Shown here: positions 12,736 through 24,398 of the stretch, in pieces | Layout: each line of letters opens with the position of its first letter | How positions within the stretch are numbered: position 1 is the first letter of the stretch | NCBI RefSeq assembly: GCF_036971445.1 | Contig: NC_091477.1 | Coordinates: forward strand, 105,524,001-105,588,000 | DNA: 64,000 nucleotides | Reading direction: 5' to 3' | From: Narcine bancroftii | Taxonomy: Eukaryota | Position numbers and translations under genes: made by a program | The notes under the pieces: model-generated | Databases searched by the model: none | The model's input: only the letters and a program-made list of their open reading frames with translations | What the model was told of the DNA's origin: nothing

Positions 12736-12815
12736 ATGGATGAGACGCGAGTTCCAGGAGGTGCTCGACGCTCCGAGCCCAACACGAAGGCGGTTGAATC
12801 GGCTGCGAACAATGG
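12736..12815 (+). CDS. IQCG: IQCG (DRC9) coding exon 1
   Basis: MDETRVPGGARRSEPNTKAVESAANNG; donor GG|gtaagg; phase 2 joins exon 2 in frame. Confidence 0.75.
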
Positions 12816-12859
12816 GTAAGGTTGTGCGCTGTTGTCCGTGGCGTGAATGCCCCTGGCCC

Positions 12860-14135
12860 AGGGGGGGGCCGGGGGGAGGGAGGGGGGGGAAGGAGGGGGG
12901 GGCCGGGGGGAGGGAGGGGGGGGGAAGGGGGAGGGGAAGAGGGGGGGGGAAGGGGGGAGGGGAAGGGGGGGGGAAGGGGAAGNNNNNNNNNNNNNNNNNN
13001 NNNNNNNNNNNNNNNNNNNNNNNNNNNNNNNNNNNNNNNNNNNNNNNNNNNNNNNNNNNNNNNNNNNNNNNNNNNNNNNNNNNNNNNNNNNNNNNNNNNN
13101 NNNNNNNNNNNNNNNNNNNNNNNNNNNNNNNNNNNNNNNNNNNNNNNNNNNNNNNNNNNNNNNNNNNNNNNNNNNNNNNNNNNNNNNNNNNNNNNNNNNN
13201 NNNNNNNNNNNNNNNNNNNNNNNNNNNNNNNNNNNNNNNNNNNNNNNNNNNNNNNNNNNNNNNNNNNNNNNNNNNNNNNNNNNNNNNNNNNNNNNNNNNN
13301 NNNNNNNNNNNNNNNNNNNNNNNNNNNNNNNNNNNNNNNNNNNNNNNNNNNNNNNNNNNNNNNNNNNNNNNNNNNNNNNNNNNNNNNNNNNNNNNNNNNN
13401 NNNNNNNNNNNNNNNNNNNNNNNNNNNNNNNNNNNNNNNNNNNNNNNNNNNNNNNNNNNNNNNNNNNNNNNNNNNNNNNNNNNNNNNNNNNNNNNNNNNN
13501 NNNNNNNNNNNNNNNNNNNNNNNNNNNNNNNNNNNNNNNNNNNNNNNNNNNNNNNNNNNNNNNNNNNNNNNNNNNNNNNNNNNNNNNNNNNNNNNNNNNN
13601 NNNNNNNNNNNNNNNNNNNNNNNNNNNNNNNNNNNNNNNNNNNNNNNNNNNNNNNNNNNNNNNNNNNNNNNNNNNNNNNNNNNNNNNNNNNNNNNNNNNN
13701 NNNNNNNNNNNNNNNNNNNNNNNNNNNNNNNNNGGAGGGGGGGGGAGGGAGGGAGGGAGGGAAGGGGGGGGGAGGGGGGGAGGGGAAGGGGGAGGGTGCG
13801 CCGGCCGGGGGGGGGGGAGGGGGGGAGGGTGCGCCGGCCGGGGGGGGGGGGGAGGGGGGGGGAGGGGGGTGGGGAGAGGGGGGGGGGGAGGGTGCGCCGG
13901 CCGGGGGGGGGGGGGAGGGGGGGGGAGGGGGGGGGGAGGGTGCGCCGGCCGGGGGGGGGGGGAGGGGGGGGGGAGGGGGGGGGGAGGGGGGGGGAGGGGG
14001 GGGGAGGGGGGGGGGAGGGGGGGGGGAGGGGGGGGGGAGGGGGGGGGGGAGGGTGCGCCGGCCGGGGGAGGGTGCGCCGGCCGGGGGGAGGGTGCGCCGG
14101 CCGGGGGGAGGGTGCGCCGGCCGGGGGGAGGGGGC
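12860..14135 (+). repeat. G-rich low-complexity/tandem repeat (~20-bp unit GGAGGGTGCGCCGGCCGGGG) flanking an assembly gap
   Basis: At least 8 copies of gagggtgcgccggccgggg among G runs at 13790-14130. Confidence 0.85.
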
Positions 14136-14957
14136 AGACTCTGCCTCTGCCTCTCATTCCAATCTGGTGACCTTCACGTCCAAGTGTTTGTGCATCAGAA
14201 GACGAGTCTTCTCTTGAATGAAAGCTTATCAGATGACTTGTGGGTATCTTTATGGGAAACATCCCATATTCATCCTATTTATTCAACCTACTTGAATTCA
14301 ACCAGATTAGACAGACATGAGTTCTTCATTAATTCAGTCAATGATGTAATGCTAAGAATGCAACTTTTAATATGAGTGCTGCTCATTTCCACAAACAGGA
14401 TTGTGATAATGACAGGAGAAGTGCAGTAAACAAAAGTGGTGGAGAAACTCTCAGGTCATGCAGCCTCGTTGGAAAGCAAAAAGCTTTGGTGTTCTAGGCC
14501 TGTGCCCTTCTTCAGGTGTTCTTCAGTTGCAAGAGGATAATCTGTTTTATCTTTTGTAAAATATTTTACCATCTAATGAAAAAGAAATACATTCACTCTT
14601 TCTTTGAGAAACGTTTCTTATTTTGAAGTGCACATTAAAAAAATTATATTTATTAGTTATATAAATCATTGTTCTTTCATGAGGAGCAGAAGCTATTACA
14701 CTGAATACTTTTCAGCAAAAGGGTAGCTTCACATTTGTGACTTTGTACAAATGTTTTGAGTCATTTATTCTATTATTTTTCATATTTCTAAATGCAAGCA
14801 ACCTGTCTCCAGGCAGAAATGGTGTCTTGTACTGTGTTTTCTGTCCATTTAAATTATTGACCCTTCTATATGTGCAAATACCATTCCCTAGTCTTAAAAA
14901 GAGATCCATGTTCAGATGGAATTTTCCCTCTTGATAATCCAATCTAGCAATGTCTTC

Positions 14958-16034
14958 TGTAACAGATCTGTGTTAATATTAATTCTTAGTTTAATGTTAA
15001 AACTATATTTTATCTATATATGGTTTAATAAGTTAGTTTTGGGTGGACAGGGCTTATTTACATTCTACAGACACACGCATGTTTCTTTGCAGCTGTTCGC
15101 TGGCTTCAGCCCAAAGACCACACTTAGCATTTTAAACACACATGGTCTTTGAGATGGAAGATACGGAGAGCCTTTTGCAGACACTGAATGGCTGCTGATT
15201 GAAGTTTCAAAAGATGAAAGGATTTATAATGGTTCTTGAGATACTGGAAACAATAGGTTAGCTCAGAAGCAGATCCTTCAAAGACAGAAATGATGTCACA
15301 TACCATGTGACATGAAAGATTTAGAGAAATTCAGACATTGTTGAATCAGTTTCAGAAGTGAAGACCCTGTGGGACCCACAGGAGTTGGAACCTTTGAAAG
15401 ACAGGGTTGAATTACAGTAACCAGGATAGGTGCTTTTTATCTGTCACTCCTAATAAAAGGGGAACACAAAAAAAAAGTGGATTTCAAAAGGGAAACTACT
15501 TCACTTTCTGACTGCTCTTTTGAAAATAAAAAGTGCAGCCTCGTCATGGAAGAAAACTCTGTGACTCTTGAGTAGAAAACGGAAGAAGAGGACGTGTTTT
15601 ATCCTATTCATAGGAGATACAACATAAGTAGCTTTGAAATAGGTAAGACCACTTCCCTTTTGTGCCCAAAAGATGGTCACTCCTGTTTGAAGGATATCTC
15701 TGAAAGACACAGCTCATCAAGACTTGTGTGTTTAAAGAGATCTGATGTTTAAAAGTACTTTATAATTATTTTTGAACTGAAAATTTAAGACCGTCAAGGA
15801 AGACCAAAATGTGGCTGAAGTTTTAGAAATGGACTTTTCTGAGTTTGGGACTTTAACACATGCACACACGTATTTACATTTTCACATAGTGGGGTTAAGT
15901 TTAGAGTTTGTTAGAGAGAAGTAAGAAATGTTATGTCATTATAGTTTAATAAAAACTGAATTTACCATTGCCCGGTGAATTTTTGCATTGCTGTTTCTTT
16001 GTTAATGCGAATAAAATCTCTTTAGTCCCTAACA
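14958..16034 (+). mobile_element. Probable solo LTR
   Basis: TGTAACA...TAACA ends; ggggttaagtt, a polyA signal and gtgaattt..attgctg shared with 22509-23374; no TSD seen. Confidence 0.45.
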
Positions 16035-16132
16035 AAATTAAGAGGGTTGCTGATCTCAGGTCAGCACAATGTTAGTCTGATGATGATTTAATCTTGGTTA
16101 AAATGATGATTATGCCTTTTCTTCCCCTTTAG

Positions 16133-16274
16133 TGTCCCCGAGGTGTGTCAACAGCAGCTTTCCCAGAGTGATATTCTCCGGATTCGCAGTGTTCTGGAAG
16201 ATTGCATTGAACAATTAACCATCCTTGGCCTCATCATGCCAGTCTCCTATGAAAAAAAGGCAGATACAACCAGT
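16133..16274 (+). CDS. IQCG: IQCG exon 2
   Basis: DILRIRSVLEDCIEQLTILGLIMPVSYE; ccctttag| ... |gtaaga. Confidence 0.92.
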
Positions 16275-16726
16275 GTAAGAAATAGCCTAAATTTTTGGCC
16301 ACCTTTCTATGTTACATTATATCCACAAAGGTTCACAATAAATTGTGAACAGGACCAGTTTTATTATATAGAACAATAACCGAGGGAGACCTGTGGCAAT
16401 ACAGGACCCAAAATTAAATGGGAAAAAAATGAGCTGAACTATTTAGGATAACGGTCTTTCATTTATCTTCTCAATCCCATTTTCAATTCTCTACTTTAAT
16501 GTTATTAAACTAACAGATTTCAATGGACTTGACAAAAGATCTTTTCAGTTGTACTCAATGGGTGNNNNNNNNNNNNNNNNNNNNNNNNNNNNNNNNNNNN
16601 NNNNNNNNNNNNNNNNNNNNNNNNNNNNNNNNNNNNNNNNNNNNNNNNNNNNNNNNNNNNNNNNNNNNNNNNNNNNNNNNNNNNNNNNNNNNNNNNNNNN
16701 NNNNNNNNNNNNNNNNNNNNNNNNNN

Positions 16727-17200
16727 AAATTACAAGTGAATATTTTCAATCCTCCCTCTCTCCCTCCCAACTTACTTCCCTAACCCTCCCCCTTACTAAC
16801 TAATAATAATAAAAATGAAGAACAGATAAGGAAAGAATATAAGAGAATGTGAATCTAAAAATATAAATCTAAAAATAAATTGATCTAAATTGTGGAGCTC
16901 AGGTTTACCAATCAGACCAGATATTGAGAGAACTTTAAATTTTTAAACCAACACTTTTCATATAAGGGCTCCATATTTTCAAAAAGAAATGATACTTACT
17001 ACATAAATTATAAGTAATTTTTTAAAGTGCATTACATGAATGCAATTCTGCATGCCATCTCTCTAGCCCTAAATCTGCATCAGATTTCCATGTAATAGCA
17101 ATACCTTTCTTTGAAACAGCTAAAGCAATTCTTAAAAATTCTATTTGATACATAGTTAATCCCAATTTTATACAAATACTTTTATATCTCCTAACAAAAA
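16727..17200 (-). mobile_element. L1-type LINE 3' fragment
   Basis: Reverse strand reads IALAVSKKGIAITWK, the L1 ORF2 C-terminus. Confidence 0.65.
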
Positions 17201-17450
17201 TTTTGCTAATATTGAGAGCAAGGTTGTTGTGACACCAACCAACTAGCTGATCTATCTCCTGTATGATTTCCTCATTGCTCTCTGTAATTATGCTGATAAC
17301 TGTGGTGCATCAAGACATTTGTATATAAGGGTTAAAGGTACTGAATTGTGCTTAGCCACACAGTCATGGGCGCAGAGAATGTAGAGCAGTGGGCTAAACA
17401 CGCATCCTTGAGATGTGTCTGTGTTGATTGTCAATGAGGAGGAGACATTA

Positions 17451-18381
17451 GCCCCTTTCACACTTGCATCCCACTAAATTGGCCATTCAGTATCCTTGGA
17501 TAGGACACTTGACCATTCCTAACTGGGACACTGAACACTTTCACCCTTTCAAGGAGCCACCCCCAGGGTTAGGACTGTTCTAGCTTCTACCGGTGACATC
17601 ATGACGCATCGAGTGATGGTGAACCTGCCCTAAATCCTGATCAATGTATTATTATCTTATATTTGAACAAAATTAATCATGTTAATTACAACTTAATTAA
17701 GCTTTATGTACAACACAGTATGAGCCCCTGTTGTTGTGCCGACCTATATAAACCTTTATAAGGTGCTGTGGGAAAGTGTGAGCAATAAATAGCAATAGCA
17801 GACAATTTTTAAACAGGGTGGGAAAGTTTGTAGTGCAATAGCACACAATTTATATAGAATGGGAAAGTTGGTAGCACTATCGCATACAATTTATAAATAC
17901 CATGGGGAAAAAGTGATGGCGGGCCTGTCCTCCCAGAATTCCATGTGGAAGAAAAAGGGCTGTCTGCCTGGCTGCCTGCACAGAGCATTCATGGAAGGGT
18001 TTCTCTGCTGCACAGCATTCTGGGAAGTCAGGTCTGCCATTGCTTTTTCCCCACGGTCTTTATAAATTGTGCACTATAGCACTACCAACTTTCCCATGTT
18101 GTTTAAAAATTGTCCGCTATTGCTATTTATTGCTATTTATTTCCTCCCTCTCCTGCTGCGACTTTCCCACAGCAAAGTTTATACCTTCATTTTAATCTTT
18201 TCTTCAAGTTCCTGCACTCACACAGGGTCATTTCAATCCCACTATGATGGCTGAAAAGTATGAGGGAGAATAGCCCCTGGCATCTTGCCTAAGCGACAGC
18301 TTTTCACAAGCGGAATATTCAAACAGTTCACATCGACGAGCTCTACAATGCCTTTGAACCACATTTATGTTCCAGCAGTGT
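17451..18381. mobile_element. PIF/Harbinger-like non-autonomous element with an internal palindrome
   Basis: TTA followed by GCCCCTTTCACAC terminal motif; second TIR not seen. Confidence 0.5.
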
Positions 18382-18457
18382 ATTCAGTCAGAATGGAAAC
18401 TTTGATCATTTCTCTTGACTTTTATTCTCTGTTTATTATTAAAGTTTACTTAAAGTA

Positions 18458-18677
18458 TGTGGTAAACCACTATTTGCATATAATTGCCTGGTCAGGCACA
18501 TCGATTGGCCGACTGTACCTGTGGCCCTTTCCACAGGCTCATATATAAAGGTGACTGTTCCACAGCCCCCTCCTCAGTGCAGGACAGTCAAGTATTATAG
18601 ATGTGCCTTTGTTCTTCAGTGAATAAAAGCCTATTGGTTTCTCAACAATGGTCTTTCGAGCAATTGATAGTACATCA
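18458..18677 (+). mobile_element. Solo LTR, 220 bp
   Basis: TG...CA ends, 5-bp TSD AAGTA (18453-18457 and 18678-18682), internal TATATAAA and AATAAA. Confidence 0.85.
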
Positions 18678-18987
18678 AAGTACAGATGATATAAAATTAA
18701 TCTTTGAGATTCAGTGGTCCATACAATAATGTTAATATACTGTACATCAATGCTAACAGGTTATAAGAGTGGTTTTCACCTCGCATGTCTTAATGTCAAA
18801 ACAAAATCTGGGGCATTGCTGCATTGGTTAAAATATATAGATTCCACATGGTATTCCAAGTAGCACCTATAAATTGACAGCTTTTTCAATTGTAAATTAT
18901 ATTTCTTAAAATTGTAAAGATAGAAAACATTTTCAATGCTACATTATTTTATTTTGACAAAAGAAATTCTCTTGCTTTCATCTCCAG

Positions 18988-19235
18988 AATATAGGGAGTA
19001 AAATTGACCTGATACTAAAGGGTCAGAAACAGGCAGAGTCTAAATATCAGGAGCTAATGACTTCTAGATCAGAAGACAAGGAGACTAGAAGATCTTGGGC
19101 AGACCAATTCCCAGAGCTGGGACAGCAAATTCAAGAAGTTGTAGCAGACCTGAAGAGGAGTAGTCAACTTTTCAACACATCCCTGAAACAGAATCCACTT
19201 TCAGTTAATAATCTCGCCAAGGTACAAACTGACAG
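18988..19235 (+). CDS. IQCG: IQCG exon 3
   Basis: NIGSKIDL...LKQNPLSVNNLAKVQTDR; ctccag| ... AG|gtgaga. Confidence 0.92.
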
Positions 19236-19989
19236 GTGAGATCCATACGGATGAAGATTTAAGAACAAATGATCATTTTTATTTGCAAATATAAGTGATA
19301 AGAAGTTAAGAATTATGAGCAGCTATGTGGCCTTTTGTGCCGGCACCACCATTCATCCAGATCTTAGTTGCCCTGCTACCCCAGCAGCATTTCCCCCCAA
19401 CAAATCCCAATTTAATTTTCAGAAATAAGTTGAAATCTATTTTTAACAAACTCAGGGATTGACCATCCAGGGTAAAAAAAAAAAGAACTGCAAAGATTCA
19501 TCATCCCTGGGTGAGGAATGTCTCCTTGTCTCAGTCTTAAAGGCCAAACCCATATTTTGAGAATTTGACTCCTCTGATTCTACCACATTGAGCTCTTGAA
19601 GAATTTTCTAACATTCAACTGGATCAGTACTAAGGGGAGGGGAGTGCATCCGCAGGCATTGCCTTGCCCAGCGAGGTGCTGTTCCCCCTGTATGGTCACA
19701 GCCATCGCTCACCATCAGCCCCGCCCCCACCCAATCCAGCATCACTAGTGTGTGTCAAACGTCACTAGCAGCTAATGACGCTCGATGCCATAAAAGCAGC
19801 GTTCTCTGCACCTACATTAGAGGGGCGGATGATGGTAACTGCAAACCCCCCCCTTCCCCACTGTGCCTTGCACCGTGTCCTCCCTCTAACATGCTAATGC
19901 CCCCCTCTAACATACGTTCTGTCGCCAACACTGACATTCAATAAGATCTGCTCTCATTCTTCCTGTGTACAAAATTACTATCAACTAGT

Positions 19990-21960
19990 GGCACTCACAT
20001 CAAAGGATCAACAGCGATAAAATTTTTTGAAAGGTTGGTATTGAAACATAACAGCTCCTGTCTAAGCGGTGACATGGATCTGTTCTAATTCACCTACTGT
20101 AGCAACAGATCTATGCTAGATGCCATCTCACTGGCACTACACAAAGCCTTGGAACACCTGGAGAGCAAAGATTCATACATCAGGATGCTCTTTATTGACA
20201 ATAGTTCAGCATTTAACACCATCAGTCCCTCAAAACTGATAATCAAACTCCAAGACCTGGAACTCAGCACCCCACTGTGTAATTGGATCACAGATTTCCT
20301 CACCTACAGACCACAGTCCGTGAGGAATTGTGGATGGGTTTGTGAATTGTGGATGGCTCTGTAGACGGCTCTGAAAATGGCGCCGCGGACTTGCTGCAGC
20401 AGCTACTCTTAATCACGGTTGCTGCAAGAACTTAAATGTTTGGAACCATGAACAACTTTAATTAGATGAAAATGGACATTGGACTGCAAGGAGTTGTGTG
20501 CTGCTAGTGGACGCCGAATGGGAGCAGATCTAAGCGTATGCTGCAAAGTCGTGGAATCCACCCGACGGAGGTGTGGAACTTCAGACATGGCTGATAGGAG
20601 GATGCCGAACCACCCGCATCGTTGGAGGCCAGCAGTATTTCAGCTCTTCGGAGCATTGTCGGAGGTGACTTTTGGAAGGCTGAGTGGGAAGGATGAGCGG
20701 CAGAGTCGGAGACATTGTCTGTGTGACGGTTGTTGCGGAGCAGTGCCGAGCTCGGCGGTTGGTAGAGATATGCCTAGGCCTCATGGATAAATGGAGGACT
20801 TGGAGGCTGTGATGTCTGGGCCTCACGGGAGGGCTCAGGCCATGTGAATTTATGACTGGGCAGAAGTTGGGTTCCCTATTGTTGGTGGACTTAACATCTG
20901 TGGAGGGGTTGGTAACCTGACCCATTGAAGGCTACACATACAGCTTGCAGCAGCCCCTCAGGCTTTGGGAACGTTCCTCTTCACCGAAACTGATGGACAT
21001 TTTATAATATCTAGCTGTAACCTGTCTCCTTGTGGATGTTGTCAGGTTTCTGAGAATTGATTGTATGTTGCATTGTATTGTTAGGTAGTTTTTGTACCAG
21101 GTCAGGGGAACACTATCTCGGTTTTAATGCAGTATGGTGTTAATTGTGATAAATAAATGATACCTGATACCTGAGGATTGTTAAGAACATCTCCTCTACA
21201 ATCTATATCAATACCTGAGCACCACAGGGCTGCGTCCTTAGCCCCCGTTCCATTAACTTTATACCTATGACTGTAGCTCGGTACGATAACAACACCATCT
21301 ACAAATTCGCTGCTGATACCACAGTAATGGGTCGTATAAAAAGGAGCGATGAGTCAGGAGGGAATATGAAAACTTGGCCGAATGGTGTACCAACAACAAC
21401 CTCGCATTCAATGTCACCAAAACCAAAGAGCTGATTATTGACTTCAGGAAGGGGAAACCAGATGTGCATGATCCAGTGATCATTGGGGGATCAGAGGTAG
21501 AGAGGTTGAGCAAATTGAAGTTCTTGGGAGTCACTATCTCGGAGGATCTTTCCTGGACCCAATCATGTCATCACATAGAACCCTGAAATTCTAAATAGCG
21601 TCATGAAGAAATCACACCAGCATCTTTACTTCCTCAGCAGTTTGCGGAAGTTTGCTATGATATTGAAACCCTGGAAAATTTCTACAGATGTGTGGTGTAA
21701 AGTGTGCTGCTGGGCTGCATAATAGTCTGATATGGGGACAATGATACCCCTGAGAGTAAGATAGTGGACAAAAATCAGGACATCACATGCAAAATGCTCC
21801 ATACCATTGAGAACATCTACTGGGAATGCTGCCATTGGAGAGCAGCAGCAATCGTCAAAGATCCACACTATCTAGTACGCTCTTTTACCTGAAAGAGGTG
21901 TAGGTGCCACAAGACTCGCACCACCATGATTTTGATAACTGATCAGAACATCACTGACTG
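19990..21960 (+). mobile_element. Rex1/L2-type LINE RT fragment, interrupted at ~20331-21171
   Basis: [31 protein letters not shown] and WCTNNNLAFNVTKTKELIIDFRK. Confidence 0.85.
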
Positions 21961-22508
21961 ATTCCTTGTATCTCTCATCACTTTGCTTCTGCTTGATCTC
22001 TATTTCTTTTGGTATTATTCTATTTTGATTACCAATATAATATTCTAACTCGATACACATTTTGTCCCTCTCCATAATCATTTGAAATGTAGATAGGGTC
22101 ACTATTTTCTCTTGCTTACCATTTCTGCCCCTAAATGTTTGAAGAAGTCATTAGGGCCTTCTTGGTATGGTTATCATATTTGTTCTGTTTCATGTTATCT
22201 ATCTGCTTCCAGAATTGCACTGAGGTCTAAGTTTGCACCCTGATTTCACAATCTGCAACTGCCCACATTTTCCCATACCTTGATGAAGGGCTCAAGCCTG
22301 AAATGTTGGTTACATATCTTTAACTTTGTTACATAAAGTATAATGCTTGACCTGCTGAGTTTCTCCACCATTGTGTTTTTACTTCAATCCCAGTATCTGC
22401 AGAATCTCGTGATTTACTCCACTTTTAAACACAAATCGGTTTCAGCACATTCTTTGCAGTTAGCATACACCATTGTATTTGCTTCTCATGCCATATCGAC
22501 ATCGCTAG

Positions 22509-23374
22509 TGTGACAAGGTATATTATATTTTATTTATATATATTATGTTTTTTAAGAGAGATGATTGTGGGGTGTTTAGTGTAGGTCACAAACAAATAAA
22601 CACTTCACAAAACAGATCTCATTTAAAATGCAAGAGCTTTGCTGAAAATGAGACATTGAGGCACTGAGTGCCTTTGCAAGAATGTTGTGTTTTTGCAAGC
22701 AGAGAAAGACCAAACAGGTTTTCTCTAAGAGAGAGAGAGAGAGGGAGAGAAAACTGACCTGTAGTGGCTTTTGGAAGCTTGTGGAAAACCCCATTTTGAA
22801 GACGGGTTGTGAGTTCTGAGTTCAGCCTGGTGAAAACCCTTGTAGTCCTTACAAGAGGTAATGGTTGGCTAGAGTATTTCTCCTAAAATAAGGGAAACAA
22901 GAGGAACTCTGTGGTGACCTGGAAGAAGAGATTATCATTTGGAAAACCCTGAAGGGGCAAATTTCTTCAGCAAGACACGCAAGTGACTGATGGAAGTAAA
23001 TCAGTTTGTTCAACAAGCAACAAATCTCTCTCTGAAACCTACAAGAACCTTCCTGAGTGGTAACCACACCAGAGCTTGGTGAAAATTCAAAAAAATGTTA
23101 AATTCTGCTCAGTATAAGAATTGACTGATACTGGTGAACTTGGAGGAGTGAGAAATGTGATTGGACTGTGAATCAAAGAACTTTCCTGAACATATACACA
23201 CATGACGTACACGTGTGCTTAGAATTAGAAGGGGGTTAAGTTAATAGTAATAGGTTAAAGTTTGATCCTGTTTTTATGTTGAAAGAACATTAAAAGCAAC
23301 TTTTGTTTAAGTAACCATTTGTCTTAGTGAATTTCTATTGCTGCTGGGTTTTGGGGTCCTCTGGGCCTGTAACA
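22509..23374 (+). mobile_element. Probable solo LTR with an internal (GA)n tract
   Basis: TGTGAC...GTAACA inverted termini and ATTAAA near the 3' end; no TSD seen. Confidence 0.6.
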
Positions 23375-23752
23375 CAAACAATTATTTTTTTAAACTGCAG
23401 GTTCTGGAAATTTGAAATGAAAATAGAAAATTCTGGATCACTTAGCAGGTTAGATGACATCTGATTAAATGGTTTTGATCTGAAACATTAACTTTCTCTT
23501 TCCACAGATGCTGCCTGACCTGCTAAATGTTTCCAACATTTTCTTTGAATCTTCTGTTTATTTTAACAATCTTTACCACATTGTTCCATTGCAGTAGTAA
23601 TATTAAAACAAGACGACATTTTATAAAGGTTATACATTTCACTATCTGTTTAAGCCTCCACTTAGACATGTGCTATGACATGGATATATTCTGCTTTATG
23701 CTTCAATAATTCCTGTTTATTCTTTGATTAATAGTTTTTATTTTGTGAATAG

Positions 23753-23881
23753 GAAATTTGCTTTGGACGCGATTAACGATACCATGAAGGAGCTGCAATT
23801 TTCAGGAACATACCTTACACTGCTAGATGTTCTTGAGACTGAGAAAAAGAAAAAAATGATCATGCAAAATGCCATCATTAA
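23753..23881 (+). CDS. IQCG: IQCG exon 4
   Basis: KFALDAINDTMKELQFSGTYLTLL; 129 nt; phase 2-2. Confidence 0.93.
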
Positions 23882-24128
23882 GTGAGTTATGTTATTATTG
23901 GTTGTCTTCACACCTGCTTGCTTGGTCATTACAACATCAACCTGAACAAATTATGTTCTCTAGTTGACTCCTGATTGTAAATTATACTTTCTGGATCTAA
24001 TACAATAGACATTGGAACACACTTAGCCGTGTTCCTCACAGTTATATTCGGACTAGAATTTGTGTGTGATAACCAAAACAATCAACTATAATTTTTTCAT
24101 CTTGTCTCAGCTTTCTTTAATTGAAGTA

Positions 24129-24398
24129 CAGATGTTCCCCTACTTACGATGGTCCAACTTACAATTTTTCCAAAAGTTGTGATGGTTCGCAAATGAGTGT
24201 AAACAACGGATATTGTGTTGAAAATATTTTTTTACATTTTGGCTTTGTGTTAGATTATTTTGCCTAACTGTAAGCTATGGTAAGCATTCTGAGCATGTTT
24301 AAGGCAGTCTAGGCTACAATGTTCAGTAGGTGTGGTACTGTATTCTTTATCGACGTACAATTTTTCCACTTATGATGGGTTTACTGGAACGTAACCTG
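24129..24398. mobile_element. Tigger/pogo-like MITE
   Basis: TA|CAGATGTTCCCCTACTTACGATGG start, internal ttacgat/ttatgat repeats, ends ctg|TA. Confidence 0.55.

Noticed and set aside
12719-14375. Long Gly/Pro-rich ORFs of 456-517 aa
   Set aside because: Artifacts of the G-rich repeat and N-gap; they lie in IQCG intron 1
19625-19935. GC-rich intronic patch
   Set aside because: Probably a decayed MITE; termini and TSD could not be established
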